Shown: positions 25,768 through 33,734 of the stretch, one piece after another
How positions within the stretch are numbered: the first letter of the stretch is position 1
Layout of the letters: each line of letters opens with the position of its first letter
Origin: a virus
Taxonomy: Duplodnaviria > Heunggongvirae > Uroviricota > Caudoviricetes
Reading direction: 5' to 3' (one strand)
IMG/VR virus record: IMGVR_UViG_3300021387_000463
Span: 1 to 43,000 of that record
DNA: 43,000 nt
Translations under genes and position numbers: made by a program
The notes under the pieces: model-generated
Database searches by the model: none
What the model was told of the DNA's origin: nothing
The model's input: only the letters and a program-made list of their open reading frames with translations

Positions 25768-26916
25768 ATGGTTTTATCTGAAGATATACAATCTCTATTC
25801 AGAACAGTAAGAACGATGCTTGGCGCTCCATTGAGAAAGGTTCAACTTGAGGATGAGCAGCTTTGTGACCTTCTAGATGTGGCAATCGGTGACTATTCTG
25901 AGAAGGTTCAGAATTGGGTATTAGAGACACAATGGTTGAACATACAGAATAAGAATGCTATACAGTTTCAGAATGCGAATGAATTGGCATATGCCATGAC
26001 AGTTAGAACTATGGACTGGTCACGTGATTACTCATATTGGTTCTCTCGTGAGGTTGGCTTGCAGCAGAGAGGTAACTACGAACTTAAGAAGGATTTTTTT
26101 AGAATCGAAAAGGGAAAACAAGTATATGTCATTCCAGCTGGACGTGAGATTAATAAGGTAATGTATATAACCCCATCCACTACCAAGGCAGCATTGTATG
26201 GAAACTTAGGTACACTTGATACAGGTATCGGTGGAGGTTTCGGACAGTATGGTAATATGGGTAATGGTATGGGTATTACTGGATTCTATGTCGGTTCTGC
26301 ATATGATACAGCGTTGATGTCAGTTGACTTGAAATATAAGAACTCTCTATTGAGAGGTGACTTGGCTTATAAGGTAACTGCTGGTCCAGAGGGTACACAC
26401 CTTGTACACTTGATGTCAGTTCCTGGTTCTCCAAATATGGTTGGCGGTATTGCTGCTGATGATACTTGGGGATGGAATCGTTATGCTAACTGTATTTGTT
26501 GGTATACATATTATGATGTTAATGGTGCAGAAGATGCAGACCTTTGTATGTTGGAGAATAAGGATGATGTGATTATAACGCCAGACCAAGTGCCATTGGA
26601 TAAGATGAAGTACGAACTCATGAACAATCCAACACAGCAGATTATAAGACGTTTGCTTGTGGCAGAGGCAAAGATATTGCTTGGTATCATAAGAGGTACA
26701 TTCAGTGGAGCAGTGAAGATTCCAGAGGCTGAAATGCAGATGGACTATAACATGTTGCTTCAGCAAGGCGAAAAGGAGAAGGAAACTGTACTTAACGAGA
26801 TAAAAGAACGTTTGGATAGAATGACACCTTGGAACTTGATGGAGAAACAAAGCACCATGAATGAGCAACTTATCAAGGTACTTAAGAATAAGCCACTAGG
26901 CTTTTATGTAAGATAA
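25768..26916 (+). CDS. head-tail connector/neck protein (T4 gp13-like)
   Basis: LGAPLRKVQLEDEQL..L.D.AI N-terminus; C-terminal AEAKILLGIIRGTF...LLQQGEKEKE...PLGF typical of gp13 family. Confidence 0.75.
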   Translation: MVLSEDIQSLFRTVRTMLGAPLRKVQLEDEQLCDLLDVAIGDYSEKVQNWVLETQWLNIQNKNAIQFQNANELAYAMTVRTMDWSRDYSYWFSREVGLQQRGNYELKKDFFRIEKGKQVYVIPAGREINKVMYITPSTTKAALYGNLGTLDTGIGGGFGQYGNMGNGMGITGFYVGSAYDTALMSVDLKYKNSLLRGDLAYKVTAGPEGTHLVHLMSVPGSPNMVGGIAADDTWGWNRYANCICWYTYYDVNGAEDADLCMLENKDDVIITPDQVPLDKMKYELMNNPTQQIIRRLLVAEAKILLGIIRGTFSGAVKIPEAEMQMDYNMLLQQGEKEKETVLNEIKERLDRMTPWNLMEKQSTMNEQLIKVLKNKPLGFYVR

Positions 26917-26925
26917 ATAATGTTA

Positions 26926-26972
26926 AAATTTGGGCTGATATTTTGTCAGTCCAATTTTTTTTCGTATATTTG
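26926..26972 (+). promoter_or_regulatory. fused terminator hairpin and Bacteroidota-type promoter
   Basis: ttgggctga/tcagtccaa stem, T-run; TTTG 26942-26945, 19-nt spacer, TATATTTG 26965-26972. Confidence 0.65.
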
Positions 26973-26976
26973 CATT

Positions 26977-27237
26977 ATGAGAAAATTTAATAGACGAATA
27001 GCTTTTAAAGATTATTATGAAGGAAGAGGAAAAGAATTTTTGATTCTTTTAATTCCATTTACTTGGATTTTTTTACCATTAATAATAGCTGATGAACTTT
27101 GCAATTTAATAAGTTTATTTATGTCAGGCAAGGTGCATTATACTTATGGCTATTGTACAATTGACCATTATGAAGAAGGTATGCGAAAAGAGAAACAAAA
27201 ATTTCTAGAAGAACTTGATAAATATGGCACTTTATAG
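26977..27237 (+). CDS. small single-TM hypothetical protein
   Basis: ATG 4 nt after -7 element; hydrophobic FLILLIPFTWIFLPLII. Confidence 0.55.
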   Translation: MRKFNRRIAFKDYYEGRGKEFLILLIPFTWIFLPLIIADELCNLISLFMSGKVHYTYGYCTIDHYEEGMRKEKQKFLEELDKYGTL

Positions 27238-27403
27238 AGAACAGTTAGAACCTTACATGTACTCTGAGAAGAGACGTAAGCGCAAGTCCTATAAGTGGGC
27301 TAAGAAACAAATGAACAAGTGGCTTCGTATCAAGAACAAGAAGATTAGCGAAGACGATTCTAGTGGACACGGTAAAAAGCAGTGGCATGGGTATGAGTGG
27401 TAA
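27224..27403 (+). CDS. small basic hypothetical protein
   Basis: K/R-rich, overlapping starts/stops. Confidence 0.55.
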   Translation: MALYREQLEPYMYSEKRRKRKSYKWAKKQMNKWLRIKNKKISEDDSSGHGKKQWHGYEW

Positions 27404-27680
27404 TAAATTCAAACAAACCAATATGAAATGTACTACATTTAAGTATATTGGTGAGAATGGCGAGAAGATTGAGAAGCCAAAGAAGCAGTTTAATAGCGAG
27501 GAAGAAGCGTTTAAGCAAGCTTGCTATTATAATGCCTATGGCAACACCATACATAAGTTATCGGCTTACAAGTGTTGGTCTTGCGGAAAATGGCACATTG
27601 GGAGGACACCACATGTTCTAACTCAAGAGGATAGAGAGAAATATAAACAAAGACTTGCAGAGTTAAGTAAGAATAGATAA
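27393..27680 (+). CDS. hypothetical protein with zinc-finger (YKCWSCGKWHIG)
   Basis: CxxC-x3-H motif. Confidence 0.65.
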   Translation: MSGNKFKQTNMKCTTFKYIGENGEKIEKPKKQFNSEEEAFKQACYYNAYGNTIHKLSAYKCWSCGKWHIGRTPHVLTQEDREKYKQRLAELSKNR

Positions 27681-27700
27681 AATATGGTACTTGAGGAAAT

Positions 27701-27734
27701 AAAAAAGGGTGAGATTAGTTCTCGCCCTTTTTTT
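27701..27734. terminator. bidirectional terminator
   Basis: aaaaaagggtgaga-ttagt-tctcgcccttttttt between convergent genes. Confidence 0.8.
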
Positions 27735-29667
27735 CGTTTAATACCTTATCGACACTAGCACTGAAGAAGTTTTCATTTCCTTCAATCATTCCACCTCTAA
27801 GGTTTCCAAAGTGTTGTGTCATACTATATATTGCATTCTTGGTAATTTCGTTATAAGCCTCATCAGCCATTCGACTTTCTGTTATTAATGATTTACCCTC
27901 ATGGACAACTAGATTGTCATCATAGCCTTCACCAGTGTCTCTAATTCCAATTTGGTAATTCTCAGGAACTCCAATCTTTTTAATGATTTCCATTTCCCTC
28001 TTTTCATCCAATACATTTGCATGAGAACCATGAGCTTTTACGAACACAAAGTATTTACCTCCGTTTTGCAATTTAGCTAATATACTCTCATCGTTTGGCT
28101 CATAGCATAAATGGCATTGGTAACAGTTAACTGATTGGTTTTCTTTTACATTACCATTTTTAGCATTAACCAATGAGAAATCTTCTCTAGAACATGGACA
28201 TTTGTAATAGAACGAACCATTTGGTGTTTTATTACCATTTGCATCGACACTAAACAATGGAAGAGGGTTCTTACCGATTGAATCAAATGAGTTTGTCATG
28301 CTTCTAGAGGTATACGTATCCTCAAATGCTTCATACATCTTAACTGGAATAGCATAGAAATATCTAGCGATTGTTGGACCTTCCATTTCCATTCTAGATG
28401 CATTGATTACAATGTTCTTAATACCCTTGAAGTTTAGGTTTCTACAAGAATATGCTGCTGTATTAACACCTATATATTTGAAATCTCCAGCTAGGCTATC
28501 GAATGACTCTAACAAATCTTGATTAATAAAGTCTCCATTCTCATTTAATCTAATATAAGAAACACGTTTACATTGTTTTACAACCTCAAGTAATTGTTCT
28601 GGCATGTCCTTAAAATACATCTGTGAAATCTTTGAAATACTACCAACCTTTCCCAACTTAGCTGTCTTAAGTGACTTAAGAACCTTATCCCAATCAACCA
28701 CATATGCCTTAAGCAAATCATATACCATTTTTGTTAGTTTATGGTCATCTTGGCATGCCATCCACATTAAGTTCTTTTTATCGTTTGATGGTTTAACATT
28801 GTTATAGTGTCTTCCTTCTCCAGCTCTTGCATAACAAGCATGCTTAACTAAACATTCATTCCAAGCTGGACATCTAAACGCTGATGTGAAGTTAATCATT
28901 AAGGCATCTGTAACTTTTTGGTTTCCTAATGCGAAGTTAGGTGTATTGAATTGTACACCATAGACACTCTGTAGATACTTGTCTACAATTTGTTCCTTCA
29001 TTTCAATGAAAGCCTTTGCTTGTGATATTGTTTCTTGTCTGCTATCTGTGTACCAAGTATCAAACTGGTTTTTGTTAATATCATTCAAGTCAAAGTGAGA
29101 ATCATCGTAAGTACCATCACGATTGATTATAATACCGAATTTATAAAGTTTTGAGTCTTCACCTTTATTAAATTGAACCTTTGATGCAGGGTTGATAGAT
29201 GTATCATATAAGAAACGTAAATCCAATGAATCGATATAATCCTTTACTCGTAGGATGTCAGCATAAGATAAGCCATGATAAGCATCACTGTCTGCATTTT
29301 TCTTGAGTACGATTTGATTAATTCCACCAGTACTATTCGTAACTTCTCTTAAGATGTTTACTACAATTTTCACTTTATCAGTCATTGAAGTAGAGATACT
29401 AGCTGTCTCAGGCTCCAAGTTCTGATTCATCATCTTCATTTTCTCTTTTCTTGAATAGTTTGGATTGATACCCAATTCATTGGCAGTTTGTTGCAAGTTT
29501 GAATCGGTTTTCAACTTATCTTGAATTGCTGCATTGATATTCTTTTGAAAGTCAGTGATATATTTGTCTGAAACGTATTTTTCACCCTCTTTCAAAGATA
29601 TTGCTTCATTTATAGACCTATTTATAATATTTAAGTACTGTTTATCTGAAATTTTAAATTTTTTCAT
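27715..29667 (-). CDS. large Cys-rich protein with phage Gp88-like (radical-SAM-related) domain
   Basis: GNQK, CPAWNECLVKHACYA, IRLNENGDF, CPC and CYQCHLC motifs. Confidence 0.6.
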   Translation of the reverse strand: MKKFKISDKQYLNIINRSINEAISLKEGEKYVSDKYITDFQKNINAAIQDKLKTDSNLQQTANELGINPNYSRKEKMKMMNQNLEPETASISTSMTDKVKIVVNILREVTNSTGGINQIVLKKNADSDAYHGLSYADILRVKDYIDSLDLRFLYDTSINPASKVQFNKGEDSKLYKFGIIINRDGTYDDSHFDLNDINKNQFDTWYTDSRQETISQAKAFIEMKEQIVDKYLQSVYGVQFNTPNFALGNQKVTDALMINFTSAFRCPAWNECLVKHACYARAGEGRHYNNVKPSNDKKNLMWMACQDDHKLTKMVYDLLKAYVVDWDKVLKSLKTAKLGKVGSISKISQMYFKDMPEQLLEVVKQCKRVSYIRLNENGDFINQDLLESFDSLAGDFKYIGVNTAAYSCRNLNFKGIKNIVINASRMEMEGPTIARYFYAIPVKMYEAFEDTYTSRSMTNSFDSIGKNPLPLFSVDANGNKTPNGSFYYKCPCSREDFSLVNAKNGNVKENQSVNCYQCHLCYEPNDESILAKLQNGGKYFVFVKAHGSHANVLDEKREMEIIKKIGVPENYQIGIRDTGEGYDDNLVVHEGKSLITESRMADEAYNEITKNAIYSMTQHFGNLRGGMIEGNENFFSASVDKVLNEKKGEN

Positions 29668-29707
29668 CGTAAAATACGTTTTTATATAACAATAAATACC
29701 TTTTTAT

Positions 29708-29738
29708 TTTGAAATTTAACTTTTTTTATATATCTTTG
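29708..29738 (+). promoter_or_regulatory. Bacteroidota sigmaA-type promoter
   Basis: TTTG, 19-nt spacer, TATCTTTG. Confidence 0.75.
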
Positions 29739-29755
29739 CATTAAATAACATTCAA

Positions 29756-30928
29756 ATGATACAACCAATTAGGAAAAGAGTAGCAGAAGCCAATGGAATA
29801 AAGCCTAAAAATGGTGGCTATACAGTAGTTTTCGATATGAACAACATTATGAAGATGGCTTCAGTTGACCATAAAATGAATAATGATGGTAAAGAATATG
29901 GAATAATACTCACATCTATCAAGATGATAGGTGATGTTCTTAGGAAGAAGGATTTTAACTATTGCATCGCTGCATACGATGGTGAGGGTAGTGGAGTCCT
30001 CAGATGGGAACTATATAAGGATTATAAAGCCAATAGGGATAAGAACTATGAGTTACACAGTCCAAAACGTACAGACTATGACAAGTTTATAGATAGTTAC
30101 GTGAAGTCGGTATTGTCACACTCAAGAGAGAAAACAAATGAAGAAACTGAAGATGAAAGCTTTGCTAGACAGAAATCAATCATTCAGCGTATATTAGATG
30201 AACTTTGTATAAGACAATACGAATTTGAGAATGTTGAAGGTGATGACATTATAAGTTATTACGTAACGGCAAAGAAGCCAGACGAGAAGGTGGTCATAGT
30301 ATCCTCAGATAAAGACCTTACACAGCTTATATCCGACACTGTGGTTGTATATAACCCAAGAAAGAAGGAGTTCATAACAAAGGACAATGCAATAAAAGAA
30401 ATAGGTGTATTATCGGAGAATGTGGTACTTGAGAAGGTGATATGCGGTGATGCGTCTGATAATATAAAAGGTGTAAAGGGAGTAGGTAATGAAACACTAG
30501 GTAAATTGTTCCCAGAAATAAGGGAGAGGAAAATCGATTTGGACTTCATTCTAAGGCGTTCTAGGGAACTGCTTGATGAGCGTAAGGCGAATAAGAAAAA
30601 ACCTCTCAAATCGCTTGAAAACATCATTAATGGGGTCACAGATGGATGCCAAGGGGATAGACTATATGAAATCAATGAAAAAATCATTGATTTATCAAAA
30701 CCACTATTGACTGATGAGGCTAGGGAAACGATGGATGAAGAGTTTTATGCCCCAATAGATACAACAGATAGAAACATTAAGAATATATACGAGATAGTTA
30801 AGGAAAACGAGGTAAACGAGATTCTAGACGAACAAAAGTTTGGAAATATACTTGAGCCATTCGCTAGAATACAAATGATGGAAAACAAAAGATACTATGA
30901 GTTTAAAAAAGAGAATGCAAGAAAATAA
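29756..30928 (+). CDS. 5'-3' exonuclease / flap endonuclease (T4 RNase H / PolI N-terminal-like)
   Basis: YKANR, EGDDII, SSDKDLTQL, GDASDNIKGVKGVG (H3TH). Confidence 0.92.
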   Translation: MIQPIRKRVAEANGIKPKNGGYTVVFDMNNIMKMASVDHKMNNDGKEYGIILTSIKMIGDVLRKKDFNYCIAAYDGEGSGVLRWELYKDYKANRDKNYELHSPKRTDYDKFIDSYVKSVLSHSREKTNEETEDESFARQKSIIQRILDELCIRQYEFENVEGDDIISYYVTAKKPDEKVVIVSSDKDLTQLISDTVVVYNPRKKEFITKDNAIKEIGVLSENVVLEKVICGDASDNIKGVKGVGNETLGKLFPEIRERKIDLDFILRRSRELLDERKANKKKPLKSLENIINGVTDGCQGDRLYEINEKIIDLSKPLLTDEARETMDEEFYAPIDTTDRNIKNIYEIVKENEVNEILDEQKFGNILEPFARIQMMENKRYYEFKKENARK

Positions 30929-31232
30929 TTGCAAATGGTTAGATGAATATCTTAAGAATCTAATTAAATCAAAGGATTTTAAGAACTATAATAGGGCTAA
31001 GACTCTTATATATTATTTTCCCCAGATAGTTAACGGATTATCTCAGAACAACTTTGAATTAGCTATTTCAAAGTCAGCAGACACCTATATCTGTCTTGGC
31101 AGTGAAGATAATAGATATAAGGTGTTCGATGACATGTACGAAGAAAAAAACGGTAAAGAGTTCGAACCTAATACTTATGGGGATTCTAGATATGTAACGG
31201 TTGAGGATGTGGCTAAACAGTTTGGTTTATAA
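30915..31232 (+). CDS. hypothetical protein
   Basis: ORF overlapping exonuclease stop. Confidence 0.6.
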   Translation: MQENNCKWLDEYLKNLIKSKDFKNYNRAKTLIYYFPQIVNGLSQNNFELAISKSADTYICLGSEDNRYKVFDDMYEEKNGKEFEPNTYGDSRYVTVEDVAKQFGL

Positions 31233-31259
31233 CTTTTTTAAAACTTTTTAAGGTAAAAA

Positions 31260-31291
31260 TTTGGAGTTTTAACAATTTTTATATATCTTTG
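31260..31291 (+). promoter_or_regulatory. Bacteroidota sigmaA-type promoter
   Basis: TTTG, 20-nt spacer, TATCTTTG. Confidence 0.75.
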
Positions 31292-31335
31292 CAACACAAT
31301 TCAACAAATATGTTTAACTTTTAACAATTTAATTT

Positions 31336-32109
31336 ATGGAAAATAAGGAAAAGGATTACAAAGAGGAGAGATTTGAATTTACCGTGTATGTTAACGACAA
31401 CATCATCTGTAAAAGAAATTTCAGAATCTTCAACTTTATTGAGAATAGTATGAACACATTGGAGTTCAAGAATAAGGTAGATGAAATCGTCAAGTTAATT
31501 GATGATGACTTGAAATCAAAGAGCCGTGTTTATACTTGGTATTACTTCAATCCTAAATCCCCAGACGAGAATGAGGAATTCAATACAAAACTCATTGAGC
31601 CTTGGACTTGTACATTTAAGATTGTAATATCGGATAACAAGAGAGACGTAATCACTAGAATTTGGGATGGCTATGCATATCCTAAGTACATCCGTGACAA
31701 GGTTGACCTCAGTAATAAGAACGTAAAGGTCACAACCAAGGACGGACAAACATTCTCATATGAAAAGGAGAATTTCTTCAAGACAAACGAGGGAAGACTC
31801 TCATTCGAGCATGAGGTACTTAAGAGAATGATAATCGACAAGCCAGACGTATTGCTTCAGATTACCAAGAAGATTTGCGAGGCTTGTTCACCTTCGAGAG
31901 AAGAGATTAAGGACAAGGGATACTTTGACCCAAAGGAAAACAGCAAGTATCTCAGCAAGTACACCGTAATCGATAACTACGGTAAGGATGCAAAGGGCAA
32001 GACAAAGAAGTATGCCTACAGTTTGTATCTAGCAAATAAAAAGATTGAGAAGGATTGGGAGCGTTCAGTAATGGGTAAGACCAATCGCTATTTCAAGAAT
32101 CTTTTTTAA
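31336..32109 (+). CDS. hypothetical protein upstream of helicase
   Basis: 257-aa ORF in replication operon. Confidence 0.75.
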   Translation: MENKEKDYKEERFEFTVYVNDNIICKRNFRIFNFIENSMNTLEFKNKVDEIVKLIDDDLKSKSRVYTWYYFNPKSPDENEEFNTKLIEPWTCTFKIVISDNKRDVITRIWDGYAYPKYIRDKVDLSNKNVKVTTKDGQTFSYEKENFFKTNEGRLSFEHEVLKRMIIDKPDVLLQITKKICEACSPSREEIKDKGYFDPKENSKYLSKYTVIDNYGKDAKGKTKKYAYSLYLANKKIEKDWERSVMGKTNRYFKNLF

Positions 32110-32140
32110 GAAAATAACAAATTCAAAAGAGTGGTTTTTA

Positions 32141-33547
32141 ATGGCTCAGACTAATAAAAAAGATTTAGGATTCTTAGGTGAGAAATTTCAGTATAAACTC
32201 ACCCATGAGTTCATGGAAAACCACACTTTCTTTGAGGACTTGAGTAGTATCATAGACCAGAATATGTTTACTGACCCAAACCTCAAGACATTTGTTGGTG
32301 TAATGAAGAACTTTTTCGAGAGAGAAGGTAATGTGCCATCTTACGATATGATGGAGATTGAATTGCGAGATATTTCACACTCTGATAAGGAGATTGAAAC
32401 ATATCTCGCAATTATTGAAAAGGTTAAGAATACCCCAAGTGACGGTGTGGATAGGATAAAGGACTTGGCTGAAAAGTTCTTTAGGCAACAGAATATTGTC
32501 AGAACAGCCAATGAGATATTAAGAATAGCAGGAAATGGTGATGTAGAAAAGTATGATGCTTGTGTTGGCCTACTAAACGATGCTATGACACAAGGTATTC
32601 ATAACGATTTTGGAGAAAAGCCATTTGACCATATAGGAGAAACTTTATCAGATGATTACAGAATACCAATTCCAACTGGTATAGGAAAGATTGATGAGGC
32701 TTTAGAAGGTGGACTTGGTAAGGGAGAACTAGGAGTAATCATTGGGCCGACTAGTTTCGGTAAGACCTCACTTACAACAGCAATGGCTTCACACGCTGCA
32801 TGTTGTGGATATAAGGTATTGCAGATTGTATTTGAGGACAGAATCAAGCAGATTCAAAGAAAACACCTTGGACGTATTACTGGCATCGAGGCAAAGGATT
32901 TATCAAAGCCAGAGAATATAGATAGGGTTAGAGAAACGATTGAGAATTTTCCTGATAAGGATAAACTCAATGAAAATCTTAGAATCGTTAAGTTCCCAAG
33001 CGGAGAAAAAACAGCAAGACAAATTGAAAGGTTTATAAAGAAACTGATTAACAGTGGTTTCAAACCAGACCTAACGATTATTGACTATTTCGAGTGTCTT
33101 GAGCATGAGAATGATAAGTCAACAACCAATGAGTTTTCACAAGAGGGTAAAACCATGCGTAGGTTTGAGGCAATGGCTGGAGAACTTGATATGGCGATTT
33201 GGATTCCATCACAAGGTACTAAGGACTCAATCAACCTTGAGTTGGTTACGATGGATAAAATTGGAGGTTCGGTTAAGAAAGCTCAGATTGCGCACGTAAT
33301 TATGTCAATCGCAAGAACAGTGGATGATATAGCCAACAACAAAGCAACAATAGCTATTCTTAAAAATCGTGCAGGAAAGAGTGGAAAGGTCTTTAACAAC
33401 GTAGAATTCAACAATGGTACATGCCGTATAAGCACCGATAACGTTGATGAATTGGATAGTTTATTCGAACTTAAAAAGAAGCAAGAAGATATGAGACTAA
33501 ATACTCAGAAAGAGATTTTTATGAGCGTTAGAAACGAAAAAAAATAA
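32141..33547 (+). CDS. replicative DNA helicase (DnaB / T4 gp41-like)
   Basis: IPTGIGKID, Walker A GPTSFGKT, IIDYFE, PSQG, ILKNRAG. Confidence 0.92.
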   Translation: MAQTNKKDLGFLGEKFQYKLTHEFMENHTFFEDLSSIIDQNMFTDPNLKTFVGVMKNFFEREGNVPSYDMMEIELRDISHSDKEIETYLAIIEKVKNTPSDGVDRIKDLAEKFFRQQNIVRTANEILRIAGNGDVEKYDACVGLLNDAMTQGIHNDFGEKPFDHIGETLSDDYRIPIPTGIGKIDEALEGGLGKGELGVIIGPTSFGKTSLTTAMASHAACCGYKVLQIVFEDRIKQIQRKHLGRITGIEAKDLSKPENIDRVRETIENFPDKDKLNENLRIVKFPSGEKTARQIERFIKKLINSGFKPDLTIIDYFECLEHENDKSTTNEFSQEGKTMRRFEAMAGELDMAIWIPSQGTKDSINLELVTMDKIGGSVKKAQIAHVIMSIARTVDDIANNKATIAILKNRAGKSGKVFNNVEFNNGTCRISTDNVDELDSLFELKKKQEDMRLNTQKEIFMSVRNEKK

Positions 33548-33572
33548 AAAAATTTTTTTTTCATCGTGTAAT

Positions 33573-33618
33573 AAAATTGGCTATCAGAAACTTAGCAGAA
33601 TGATAGTCAATTTTTTTT
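33573..33618 (+). terminator. intrinsic terminator
   Basis: aaaattggctatca ... tgatagtcaatttt plus T-run. Confidence 0.65.
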
Positions 33619-33734
33619 ATTCTTTGACATCTTTTTGGAAATTTAAATCATATTTATTCTTACATCAGATGTTAAAATTAAAGGTTGACCGAATCGAAAA
33701 TAATAATTTAATGAACAAATAAAGTTTTGCTTTA

